This document shows, piece by piece, positions 36,993 through 45,948 of a stretch of DNA of 64,000 bases. The stretch spans positions 1,893 through 65,892 of the forward strand of contig JAAYKX010000024.1 in assembly GCA_012522155.1 (NCBI GenBank), given 5' to 3'. Positions within the stretch are counted from its first letter, which is position 1. Every line of letters starts with the position of its first letter. Source of the DNA: Bacteroidales bacterium (GTDB lineage: Bacteria; Bacteroidota; Bacteroidia; Bacteroidales; VadinHA17). The notes under the pieces were generated by a model. The model saw only the letters and a program-made list of their open reading frames with translations, ran no database searches and was not told where the DNA came from. A program made the position numbers and the translations under genes.

Positions 36993-37715
36993 TTATCTGA
37001 CTGCATCGGCATATCTGCGGTTAACCGTATCCCAGTTAACAACATTCCAGAATGCCTCAACATATTCAGGTCTTCTGTTCTGATATTTCAGATAATATGC
37101 ATGTTCCCACACATCAATGGCCAGCAGTGGAATACCTTTTACAGGTGATACATCCATCAGGGGATTGTCCTGGTTGGGCGTACTTCCCACAGCCAGCTTT
37201 TTGTCGGATGTAAGATAAAGCCATGCCCATCCGCTTCCGAAACGTGTTTTGGCTGCATTGTCGAATGTTTCCTTGAACTTTTCAAAGGAACCAAAAGCTG
37301 TATTAATAGCTGCGGCAAGTTCAGGAGAAGGTCCGGAGGATCCTTTTCCAAGATTATCCCAGAAAATCACATGGTTATAGAAACCACCCCCGTTGTTTCT
37401 CACTGCATCACTGGCTTTTGACACTTCGGCAAAAATTTTCTCTATTGAAGCATTTTCCAGGTCGCTTCCCTTGACAGCAGCAATAAAATTATTGAAATAG
37501 GCTCTGTGATGCTTCTCATAGTGTATTTCCATTGTTTGTGCATCGATGTAAGGCTCCAGCGCATCATATGAATAAGGCAGAGCCGGAAATTCGTTGGTTT
37601 TAAATTCTTTCATGTTTAAAATTTTTTTGTTGATTGGTTCTTCCGCCCGGATGATTCCTGTGGTCATCGTCAGAATTATACCCGTAAATAAAAGATTCGA
37701 AAAATATTTGTTCAT
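36993..37715 (-). CDS. Fe/Mn superoxide dismutase with N-terminal signal-peptide-like extension
   Basis: LPYSYDALEPYIDAQTMEIHYEKHH and DVWEHAYYLKYQNRRPEY are present. The first 25 aa (MNKYFSNLLFTGIILTMTTGIIRAE) look like a Sec signal. An alternative internal ATG lies at 37613 (MKEFKTNEFPALPY). Confidence 0.9.
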   Translation of the reverse strand: MNKYFSNLLFTGIILTMTTGIIRAEEPINKKILNMKEFKTNEFPALPYSYDALEPYIDAQTMEIHYEKHHRAYFNNFIAAVKGSDLENASIEKIFAEVSKASDAVRNNGGGFYNHVIFWDNLGKGSSGPSPELAAAINTAFGSFEKFKETFDNAAKTRFGSGWAWLYLTSDKKLAVGSTPNQDNPLMDVSPVKGIPLLAIDVWEHAYYLKYQNRRPEYVEAFWNVVNWDTVNRRYADAVR

Positions 37716-37750
37716 CTGTCTGTAATTTAGTTTAATGATCAGGTAAGCTG

Positions 37751-37787
37751 TCCCGCTTTACCGGGAGCCTGCCCCGCTTTGCCGGGA
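37751..37787. promoter_or_regulatory. two tandem short palindromes (TCCCG-N6-CGGGA type) upstream of the SOD gene
   Basis: TCCCGCTTTACCGGGA (37751-37766) and CCCCGCTTTGCCGGGA (37772-37787) form a 21-bp direct repeat of a palindromic unit, 36-72 bp upstream of the start at 37715. Confidence 0.3.
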
Positions 37788-37953
37788 AACCTTCCAAAAA
37801 TCGGGGGTCATAGCTATGTGTCTGAATTTTTATATGATCGTTTCATTTTTAATTATTTTTTAAGTAAAACACAATATGTATTGTTTTGTTCAGTTCATCT
37901 CATAGAATCGTCCGTTAATGCTATAAAATTTAGCGTTGATGTAACTTTCATAT

Positions 37954-37961
37954 TAAATTTG
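37954..37961 (+). promoter_or_regulatory. candidate -7 box (TAAATTTG) for the lipoprotein gene
   Basis: Exact TAnnTTTG match 32 bp upstream of the ATG at 37993. Confidence 0.3.
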
Positions 37962-37992
37962 CGTTAAAAGGAAGCAGATAACTTTACCCGTC

Positions 37993-38829
37993 ATGAAAAA
38001 GATTACTGATCTGTTATTAATTCTGACTCTGATTGCAGGATTGACAACCGCTTGCAGTAAGGAAAATCCTGTAGCGCCAGCCCTTCCTCCGGCTGAATCC
38101 ATGACAATCGATTTCAGTAATTTCATAACAGAAAAAAAGCGAGCTCCCGCTTACGATACAAAAGGCATAGAAACAGCCAGCTGGACATTTTCAGCACATG
38201 CTGCAAGTTACTGGAATTCCCTGATGGTCACAACGCTTCCTATTCCGGTGATAGCTTACGGGCAGGCTGAAGAGCACAGCCCGGTTTATCTGGAAAACAA
38301 TACATGGGAATGGAAATATGATATACAGGTATTCACGGCCACTTACCGGATCAGGCTTACAGGCCGGACATACGGCCAGAATGCTGAGTGGAAAATGTAT
38401 GTGAGCAGGGAGGAAAGCAGCAGCTTTTCAGAATTTCTGTGGCTGGAAGGTATTTCAAAACTTGACGGCAGCGGAGGACAGTGGATACTCAATCACTGTT
38501 CATACTATAATGAGCCGGTTATACAGATAGACTGGACCGGTGACGGAACGGATATCCAAACCGTAAAATACACCTATATAAGGGAACTGAACGATTCACG
38601 GGAGGATGATCCCTTCCTGACAAGCTTTATTGAATATGGTAAAAGGTCAGGTGGAACCTATGACGCCTACTATCTGATCCATTATTTTAACGGCACAGAC
38701 TTCCTGGACGTGGAAGTGGAATGGAATACAGCGGACAGATACGGCAGAGTGAGGTGTGAAGCATTCTTTGCAGACGATGAATGGCATTGCTGGAATGGCA
38801 ATTATATAAATATATTCTGCCCCTTATAA
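37993..38829 (+). CDS. hypothetical lipoprotein
   Basis: Signal peptide with a lipobox (LIAGLTTACSKEN). I recognised no family. The protein is W/Y-rich and beta-like. Confidence 0.6.
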   Translation: MKKITDLLLILTLIAGLTTACSKENPVAPALPPAESMTIDFSNFITEKKRAPAYDTKGIETASWTFSAHAASYWNSLMVTTLPIPVIAYGQAEEHSPVYLENNTWEWKYDIQVFTATYRIRLTGRTYGQNAEWKMYVSREESSSFSEFLWLEGISKLDGSGGQWILNHCSYYNEPVIQIDWTGDGTDIQTVKYTYIRELNDSREDDPFLTSFIEYGKRSGGTYDAYYLIHYFNGTDFLDVEVEWNTADRYGRVRCEAFFADDEWHCWNGNYINIFCPL

Positions 38830-38843
38830 AATCATTTTTCAGC

Positions 38844-38871
38844 ATCCCGGTAGTAAACCGGGATTTTTTTT
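38844..38871 (+). terminator. rho-independent terminator
   Basis: ATCCCGG-TAGTAAA-CCGGGAT followed by T8, 15 bp after the stop at 38829. Confidence 0.75.
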
Positions 38872-38905
38872 ATTACTTTGCCTGCTTCTTATATTATTTT
38901 CTGGA

Positions 38906-39514
38906 ATGTCAGCAGGGAAAAAAGCTTTGTTTTTGATTATTCTCATCCTTTTACTGGATCAGGCACTAAAGATCTGGGTCAAGACAACCATGGTCATCGG
39001 TGAGGATATTCCCCTGCTTGGCAAAAAGGGAATGCTTCACTTCATTGAAAACAACGGCATGGCCCTGGGAATGGAAATAGGCGGAAAAGCGGGAAAGCTG
39101 TTCCTCAGCATGTTCAGAATAGTTGCAATCTTTGCCATCGGATGGTTCCTTAATTCAATAATAAAGAAAAAGGCCTGTACAGGACTGATCCTTGCTGTCA
39201 GTGCCATTTTTGCAGGTGCCCTGGGCAATATGATTGACAGTGCTTTCTACGGAATGATTTTCAGTGAAAGTTTTCACCAGCCCGCTGTAATGTTTCCTCC
39301 GGGCGGAGGCTATTCATCCTTCCTTCACGGAAGGGTAGTGGACATGTTCTATTTCCCGGTCATAAACACCAGCTGGCCTGACTGGTCGCCTTTCAGGCCC
39401 GGACAGTCCTTTATTTTTTTCAGGCCGGTTTTCAATATTGCTGATTCAGCCATTACCTGCGGTGTTTTTGCCATTCTGCTTTTCCAGAAAAGAATGTTCA
39501 GGGATTTTACATGA
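38906..39514 (+). CDS. lspA: lipoprotein signal peptidase II
   Basis: FIENNGMALGM, and NIADSAI containing a catalytic Asp, with 4 TM segments. Confidence 0.88.
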   Translation: MSAGKKALFLIILILLLDQALKIWVKTTMVIGEDIPLLGKKGMLHFIENNGMALGMEIGGKAGKLFLSMFRIVAIFAIGWFLNSIIKKKACTGLILAVSAIFAGALGNMIDSAFYGMIFSESFHQPAVMFPPGGGYSSFLHGRVVDMFYFPVINTSWPDWSPFRPGQSFIFFRPVFNIADSAITCGVFAILLFQKRMFRDFT

Positions 39515-39542
39515 CCATTGCTTTCATCCCGGAATAATATCC

Positions 39543-39845
39543 TTATCCGCTGCAGCAGCCGGCAAGACAACCCAGCATATCCCCGAGACCCGAAATTTTC
39601 AGATAATAATATATATTCCTCCCCTCCCTTTCCGATGATAATATTCCCCTGTCCTTTAAAATTACAAGATGACGTGAAGCCACGGACTGCTCCATACCCA
39701 GACTTCTGTGAATTTCACTTACGCTAAGCCTGTTTCCGTTCTCCAGCAGGCTTACAATGGCAAGCCTGGCCGGATGTGCTATTGTTTTCAATAAACCGGA
39801 GGCCCTTTCAAGCATTTCCGGATTCAATTCATTGAATTTCATCAT
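39543..39845 (-). CDS. ArsR/SmtB family transcriptional regulator
   Basis: LKTIAHPARLAIVSLLENGNRLSVSEIHRSLGMEQSVASRHLVILKDRGIL is a winged HTH. No ELCVCDL-type metal site is present. Confidence 0.85.
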   Translation of the reverse strand: MMKFNELNPEMLERASGLLKTIAHPARLAIVSLLENGNRLSVSEIHRSLGMEQSVASRHLVILKDRGILSSEREGRNIYYYLKISGLGDMLGCLAGCCSG

Positions 39846-39944
39846 TATAAAATTTTAAACAAATATATATACAAATATGTTGATATCACAGAAAGGTGAT
39901 AAGGCCTATTTTCAGGATACTGTATGATTCTGGCATATTTTATG

Positions 39945-39952
39945 TAAGTTTG
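39945..39952 (+). promoter_or_regulatory. candidate -7 box (TAAGTTTG) for the polyprenyl synthetase gene
   Basis: Exact TAnnTTTG match 18 bp upstream of the ATG at 39970. Confidence 0.3.
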
Positions 39953-39969
39953 GCTGAAATATTTATCTG

Positions 39970-40944
39970 ATGTCAATTCTCACTGAGATAAGAAAACCTG
40001 TTGAAAAGGAAATGCGAAAGTTTGAATCCTACTTCAACAGGACAATGAAAAGTGAGATACCTCTTCTCAGGATCATAGTCAATTACATCCTCCGCAGAAA
40101 GGGCAAGCAGATGAGACCTCTTCTCGTCTTCCTGACTGCCGGCCTTCATGGAAATATTTCTGAAGCCACCTATGTTGCAGCTACCCTTATTGAACTTCTG
40201 CACACCGCCTCACTGGTTCATGACGATGTTGTGGATGATGCCCGTGAACGCCGGGGATCACTGTCCGTCAATGCCCTCTGGAATTCAAAAATTGCCGTGC
40301 TTGTTGGTGACTATATGCTTGCCAGGGGACTGAAGATAAGTCTTGAAAAAAGCCGCTACGACATGCTTGAAATAGTATCTGCAGCTGTTCAGTCCATGAG
40401 TGAGGGAGAACTGCTTCAGATCCAGAAGGCCAGAAGAATGAATATCAGGGAGGAAGACTATTTCAAAATTATCAGAAGCAAAACTGCTGCTTTACTGGCG
40501 GCATGCACGGCATGCGGTGCAAAATCAGTTACCTCCGATGCCGCCACAATCAGCCTGATGAAGGACTTTGGTGAAAACATAGGAATGGCCTTCCAGATAA
40601 AGGATGATCTCCTTGACTATGAAAATAACGGTCTTACCGGAAAAATAACAGGTAACGATATTAAGGAGCGCAAGTTAACCCTTCCCCTTATCCATGCACT
40701 GGAAAACTCCTCATTCTCAACCAGAAGACATATAATGTCAATTGTCAGGAACAATAAAAAGACCAAGACTGATATCAATGAAGTAATCGAATTCGTAAAA
40801 TCATCCGGCGGACCCGAATATACTGCAGAAAAAATGAATATATACCACGACAGGGCCCAGGAGATTCTCAGTTCCTATCCCGGGTCGGATGTCAGGGAAT
40901 CACTCAGAAAATTCATTAATTATACAATCTCACGGGAAAAATGA
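39970..40944 (+). CDS. polyprenyl diphosphate synthase (octaprenyl-type, IspB-like)
   Basis: First and second Asp-rich motifs are present: LVHDDVVDDARERRG and FQIKDDLLDY. Product chain length cannot be read from sequence. Confidence 0.85.
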   Translation: MSILTEIRKPVEKEMRKFESYFNRTMKSEIPLLRIIVNYILRRKGKQMRPLLVFLTAGLHGNISEATYVAATLIELLHTASLVHDDVVDDARERRGSLSVNALWNSKIAVLVGDYMLARGLKISLEKSRYDMLEIVSAAVQSMSEGELLQIQKARRMNIREEDYFKIIRSKTAALLAACTACGAKSVTSDAATISLMKDFGENIGMAFQIKDDLLDYENNGLTGKITGNDIKERKLTLPLIHALENSSFSTRRHIMSIVRNNKKTKTDINEVIEFVKSSGGPEYTAEKMNIYHDRAQEILSSYPGSDVRESLRKFINYTISREK

Positions 40945-40953
40945 CAATGATTT

Positions 40954-42237
40954 TCAGGCAGCTTCAAGCCTTATCTTTGTCACCTTTTCCATATCCTTTT
41001 CATAATGTTTTGATCCCAGGTAAAAGAGCAGGGATCCCACCAGCAGTATGAACGGAAGCATGAGAAGAGCCGTTTTAATACTATACAGATCATAGAGTCT
41101 GCCCATAATCAGTGGGGCCATGGATGAGCCGAGCAGGTTCTGAACCACCACGGCAATCGCATAAGAGGTGGCCCTCAGCCCGGGATGTATGACATCCTGC
41201 GTCACTGCAGCCGCACCGGAAATGAATCCCATGATGCTGATACCCATCAGCAGGAGGAATACATACTGTACCGTTCCCCTGAGAAGATAAAGGGACACGA
41301 ACAGTAACACTGCGGAAACAAGGGTTGAAACAGCCGGGAAAAGCAGCCTGGCATTGGGCTGCCTCTTCCGCCAGGCATCGGTCAGATAGCCCCCCAGCGG
41401 CGCACCTACCACGGCAAGGACCATTACAAGACTTGCCTTCCCTCCGGCACTGTCCATCGCCAGGCCCTGTTCATTCTGAAAATATGTTGACAACCAGGTA
41501 ATAAGTGCTGTTGTTGTAAAGACCACTGCAGCAATTCCAAAATATGTGTACAGCACAGAAGGCCTGCTCAGGAATTCTCTTACAATATCCTTCCTTTCCA
41601 TTTTGATCCTCTGCTGGTTTTTATTGATAAATGCAAGATCAACAGTCTTGTAGTCTTTCAGGAAAAGGAAAAGAATTGCTATTATCAGTCCGGGCAGAGC
41701 CACTATGCCGAAAGCATGCTTCCATCCGAGCCTTACGGCAATGAAGCCTCCAAGGAAATGGCCTATTGCCGTTCCTACAGGAATGGATGCATTCCATATA
41801 CCCATCATCCGCGACCGTTTCTCTATAGGATACAATCCTGAAATAACCGCACTTCCACCCGGGGCATATCCTGCTTCACCCACACCGATCAGGGCCCTGG
41901 CCATGAAGAGTTGAATATAATTTCCGGTGAGTGCACACAGGGCAGTGGCCAGGCTCCATATGATAGCCATTATACCTATGGTTTTGGTTCTGCTCCAGCG
42001 GTCAACCATGAGTGAAACGGGGAATGTAAGCAAAACAATGGCCCAGTAGACAACCGATACGAGCATTCCGCTCTGTGTATGGCTGATACCCAGGTCCCGT
42101 TCTATTACCGGGAACATTGACGTAATCACCATTCTGTCAATGTAATCAAACATGTAAAGTAAAAACAGAAGGATGAAAATGTAGTTGGTATACCTTTTGG
42201 GAAAGAGGTAACCGTTATTGGTGTTTTCCTTTTTCAT
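40954..42237 (-). CDS. MFS transporter
   Basis: 12 hydrophobic segments and motif A-like DRWSRTK. I set the start at the ATG at 42237 (the track used a TTG at 42246). Confidence 0.8.
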   Translation of the reverse strand: MKKENTNNGYLFPKRYTNYIFILLFLLYMFDYIDRMVITSMFPVIERDLGISHTQSGMLVSVVYWAIVLLTFPVSLMVDRWSRTKTIGIMAIIWSLATALCALTGNYIQLFMARALIGVGEAGYAPGGSAVISGLYPIEKRSRMMGIWNASIPVGTAIGHFLGGFIAVRLGWKHAFGIVALPGLIIAILFLFLKDYKTVDLAFINKNQQRIKMERKDIVREFLSRPSVLYTYFGIAAVVFTTTALITWLSTYFQNEQGLAMDSAGGKASLVMVLAVVGAPLGGYLTDAWRKRQPNARLLFPAVSTLVSAVLLFVSLYLLRGTVQYVFLLLMGISIMGFISGAAAVTQDVIHPGLRATSYAIAVVVQNLLGSSMAPLIMGRLYDLYSIKTALLMLPFILLVGSLLFYLGSKHYEKDMEKVTKIRLEAA

Positions 42238-42450
42238 TACAGGCAATTATAGATTAGGAACTTCCAAATAAATAAAAATATGCTTCAATTGAAGTTTTTA
42301 TTGTATTTTTAAGTCTTTATGCTTAGGAAATTGTCAGAAATTCATAATTTTTCCGGCCAGAAGAAAATATCCCGGACCGGAAAAGAATACGGATGTCCCG
42401 ACAAATATTTGTAAACACGCATACAGTCAGAAAAAACAAAAATCAATACC

Positions 42451-42885
42451 TTGAACAAAACCGGATACCTCGCTGAACTTGAATTTATTGTCAGGGATTA
42501 TGAATGCGACCTGCAGGGTGTGGTAAACAATGCCAACTACCTTCACTATCTTGAACATGCCAGACACGAATTACTCATATCCAGGGGAATAAATTTTTCA
42601 GAGCTTCATAAAGAAGGAACAGATCTTATCGTTACAAAAGCACAGATTGAATACAAGTATCCCCTCAGGAGCCGTGACAGGTTCCTGGTCAGGACAGGGG
42701 TCAGGAAAGAAGGCTATATCCGCCTGACATTCATTCAGGATATTTACAGGATACCGGATGAAAAGCTCATAGTAAAGGCCAGGGTGACGGGTGTGGCAAC
42801 AAGACAGGGTAAACCCGTGCGCTTCGATTCAATATTCAGTTTACTTGGTTTAAACCAGAAAGCTACAGGAAATGAAAAATCTTAG
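42451..42885 (+). CDS. acyl-CoA thioesterase, 4HBT/YbgC family
   Basis: VRDYECDLQGVVNNANYLHYLEHARHELL is the hot-dog fold catalytic Asp region. TTG start with no in-frame ATG nearby. Confidence 0.78.
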   Translation: MNKTGYLAELEFIVRDYECDLQGVVNNANYLHYLEHARHELLISRGINFSELHKEGTDLIVTKAQIEYKYPLRSRDRFLVRTGVRKEGYIRLTFIQDIYRIPDEKLIVKARVTGVATRQGKPVRFDSIFSLLGLNQKATGNEKS

Positions 42886-43774
42886 CCGAAGAAAATTTTT
42901 AACAAGGATGGCAGCAGGCAGCGGAACTGTTTTGCTGGGCTCATCCGCCTGCTCTTCCTTTTCAGGAAAATCAGGCAGGCTTTCCGATCCCTTCCGGAAA
43001 ATCAGTCTTGGAAAAACAGGCATAAAAACTACTTTCCTCGGAATGGGTACGGGATACAACGGATATAACCGCTCCTCATCAATAACCAGGGCAGGAACGG
43101 CTGAAGCTGTAATACGTTATGCCTATGATGCAGGCATAAGATATTTTGACTGTGCTGACAGTTACGGGACACATCCCTATGTTGCCGCGGCACTCAGGGG
43201 ACTGCCACGTGAAAAATATACCATAGGAACAAAGATATGGGTGGCTCCCGGGGGTATTCCCGAAACAGAAAGGCCCGATGCTGAAGTAGTGGTTGACAGG
43301 TTCCGGAAGGAACTCAATACGGATTATATTGACCTGGTTCAGATTCACTGTATGACCGACGGGGAGTGGACAACAGGCCAGAAAAGATATATGGAAGGCC
43401 TGGAAAAGCTGAAAGCCGCAAATATAATACGGGCACATGGTGTTTCTGTTCATTCACTGCAGGCACTCAGAGCAGCATCCGCGGATCCCTGGGTCGACAT
43501 CATTCACGTAAGGATAAACCCCTACGGCGAGAACATGGATGAACGTGACCCGGAGCTGGTAGTGCCGCTGATACGTAAATGTCACGATTCCGGAAAAGGC
43601 CTGATAGGAATGAAACTTGCCGGAGGCGGTAATTTCCGGAATGAACCCGAAAAACTGGATCCTTCACTGAAATTTGTACTCGGCCTGGGTATTATTGATA
43701 TGATAATCCTCGGATTTGAATCACCGGAACAGATTGATGACTACATCACCAGAATGAACAATATCAGCGCTTAG
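42872..43774 (+). CDS. aldo/keto reductase with twin-arginine signal peptide
   Basis: MKNLSRRKFLTRMAAGSGTVLLGSSA is a canonical SRRxFL Tat motif. The AKR tetrad context is present: FDCADSYG (D, Y), IGTKIW (K), VQIHC (H). Confidence 0.85.
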   Translation: MKNLSRRKFLTRMAAGSGTVLLGSSACSSFSGKSGRLSDPFRKISLGKTGIKTTFLGMGTGYNGYNRSSSITRAGTAEAVIRYAYDAGIRYFDCADSYGTHPYVAAALRGLPREKYTIGTKIWVAPGGIPETERPDAEVVVDRFRKELNTDYIDLVQIHCMTDGEWTTGQKRYMEGLEKLKAANIIRAHGVSVHSLQALRAASADPWVDIIHVRINPYGENMDERDPELVVPLIRKCHDSGKGLIGMKLAGGGNFRNEPEKLDPSLKFVLGLGIIDMIILGFESPEQIDDYITRMNNISA

Positions 43775-43820
43775 AAGGATTCATACCTGCTTAAAACCTT
43801 ACTTTAAAATTATATACGAC

Positions 43821-44720
43821 ATGAAGTATCCGGGGATATTTTTACTGTTTATCATGCTGTCCGCAGGTATTTCAGCCGGGCAGCAGAATGGTCTTCAAAA
43901 AATTATTAAAGCGGGTTCCCTTCCCGAAAAGCTTACAGATGAATTCAGTTTCACGGAAGGTCCGGCAGCTGACCGCCGGGGTAATGTGTATTTTACCGAC
44001 CAGCCCAATGACAGGATAATGATCTGGACAACAGATGACAGGCTTGCCACCTTCATGCAGCCCTCCGGCAGGTCAAACGGTATGTTTTTCGACAACAGCG
44101 GCAATCTCTGGTCATGTGCGGACGAAAAAACCGCATTATGGAAAATAAGTCCGGATAAAAATGTTGAAATTATTCTAAACAGTTACGGGGGAGCAGCGCT
44201 GAACGGACCCAATGACTTATGGATCACACCCGGAGGGGGTATATATTTCACTGATCCCTTTTACAGGCGTACATGGTGGAGCCATAAGGAAATGCCCCAG
44301 GAGAAACAGAGGGTCTATTACCTTTATCCGGATCACAAAACCCTTATCAGTGTGGAGGATGATCTCCTGCAGCCAAACGGAATCATCGGGACCGGGGACG
44401 GGAAGACACTATATGTTGCCGATATACGGGATAATAAAACATGGTCATATACTATCAACAGTGACGGTACTCTCTCGAACAAAAAGTTATTCTGCTCTAT
44501 GGGTTCTGACGGTATGACCATTGACAACAAGGGCAATATCTATATTACGGGAAAGGGTGTTACTGTATTTGATAAAAACGGCAGGATGCTCGGAAATATT
44601 GAAATCCCGGAAAACTGGACATCCAATGTATGCTTTGGCGGTAAAAACAGAAAGATTCTTTATATCACGGCAAGCAAATGCCTTTACAGAATTCATACAC
44701 GTAAAAAAGGAGTGTATTAG
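43821..44720 (+). CDS. secreted SMP-30/gluconolactonase/LRE family protein
   Basis: Signal peptide, FTEGPAADRRGNVYFTD, NGPNDLW and PNGI motifs of the six-bladed lactonase fold. Confidence 0.82.
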   Translation: MKYPGIFLLFIMLSAGISAGQQNGLQKIIKAGSLPEKLTDEFSFTEGPAADRRGNVYFTDQPNDRIMIWTTDDRLATFMQPSGRSNGMFFDNSGNLWSCADEKTALWKISPDKNVEIILNSYGGAALNGPNDLWITPGGGIYFTDPFYRRTWWSHKEMPQEKQRVYYLYPDHKTLISVEDDLLQPNGIIGTGDGKTLYVADIRDNKTWSYTINSDGTLSNKKLFCSMGSDGMTIDNKGNIYITGKGVTVFDKNGRMLGNIEIPENWTSNVCFGGKNRKILYITASKCLYRIHTRKKGVY

Positions 44721-44854
44721 TCAAATAATACCGGTCTTTGTCAAAACAGCATAAGGTTTTAATTTTTTATCCTGTATCATTTTTTTATACTTGTTGTTAA
44801 GTATAACGACATTATTATTGTATATATTCTGTTCAATTATTAGAATTGCTTGAT

Positions 44855-45049
44855 ATGGAAGGAACCTACAGGGCAGATGTTAAGCCCGGCCTGGCAGTAC
44901 TGGTGGAATTAAACGAAGATAAAAGATCCGGCAAGCTGACCGGCGGACGAGTAAAGGAAATTATTACAACAGCCCCCATACATCCGCACGGGATCAAGGT
45001 GATGCTCGAAAACGGAATGGTCGGCCGGATTAAACAGATAATCTGCTGA
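44855..45049 (+). CDS. YwbE family small protein
   Basis: RADVKPGLAVLVELNEDKRSGKLTGGRVKEIITTAPIHPHGIKVMLENGMVGRIKQI. I set the start at the ATG at 44855. Confidence 0.72.
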   Translation: MEGTYRADVKPGLAVLVELNEDKRSGKLTGGRVKEIITTAPIHPHGIKVMLENGMVGRIKQIIC

Positions 45050-45144
45050 ATTCCCTGAACCGGCCCCGGGTTCAGACAACTTATCATGCCTTAGAGCTTA
45101 TTCATAAGCCAGCAGGTCCGGCCTCTGCGGGATAAAATTATGAC

Positions 45145-45783
45145 ATGATTAAAAATATTGTTTTCGACCTTGGAAATGTTCTTTTAAGCTGGAAACCCGG
45201 GCAGTATTTTGAAAAGTCAGGATATGAGAGCAATACCGTCAGCCTGATAATGAAGGATATTTTCGGCAATCCTGTCTGGGCCGCTCTCGATAACGGAGAT
45301 ATCACCACCGGTGACGCCATTGAACAGATAGCCCGGACATCATCGCTGAAAAAGGACTTTATACGCTCTCTCTTCGCTTTAAGGACTGAAATCATATTTC
45401 CTCTCACAGATAACATAAAACTTCTTCCACGCTTAAAGAAAAGCGGTTTTAAGCTGTATTACCTGTCCAACTTCCGTCTTGACTTTTTTGAGGAGGTTAA
45501 AAAAGAGTATGATTTTTTTGATTATTTCGACGGGGGAATAATATCGGCAGTGGTCAGGCGTTCAAAACCCGACATCAGGATCTACCGGATACTGCTGGAA
45601 AAATATCAGCTTAAAGCAGAAGAATGTTTTTACATTGACGATGTGGATAAAAATGTCAGGGCTGCCGAATCAGCAGGTATGACGGCTTATTGTTATGACG
45701 GGGAAGATGGAAATTCACAGCAGCTGTACAGGCTCATAAAAAAGATGCTTCCCGGAGCAGGGATGTTTTCCGGAACAGGATAA
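45145..45783 (+). CDS. HAD-superfamily hydrolase (subfamily IA)
   Basis: Motif I VFDLGNVL, motif II LSN, and motifs III/IV K...IDDVDKN. Confidence 0.82.
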   Translation: MIKNIVFDLGNVLLSWKPGQYFEKSGYESNTVSLIMKDIFGNPVWAALDNGDITTGDAIEQIARTSSLKKDFIRSLFALRTEIIFPLTDNIKLLPRLKKSGFKLYYLSNFRLDFFEEVKKEYDFFDYFDGGIISAVVRRSKPDIRIYRILLEKYQLKAEECFYIDDVDKNVRAAESAGMTAYCYDGEDGNSQQLYRLIKKMLPGAGMFSGTG

Positions 45784-45948
45784 TATTTCCCTGTTTATGA
45801 CGGGGCTGTATTCAAAAATCCCGGGCATCTCCCGGGACAAGGATTAAATAGCCGCTTCCTGGAAGGTTAAAAGACAGTTTGAAAGTCTTTATTCTCCTCA
45901 GACCAAGTAAGTTAAACACTGTTTTATAAAATCCTGCCTTTCATGGCA

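Noticed and set aside
42283-42294. Perfect 12-bp palindrome CTTCAATTGAAG followed by a T-run, a possible terminator
   Set aside because: No loop is possible without sacrificing most of the stem, and there is no upstream plus-strand gene to terminate. It is probably chance in an AT-rich promoter region.
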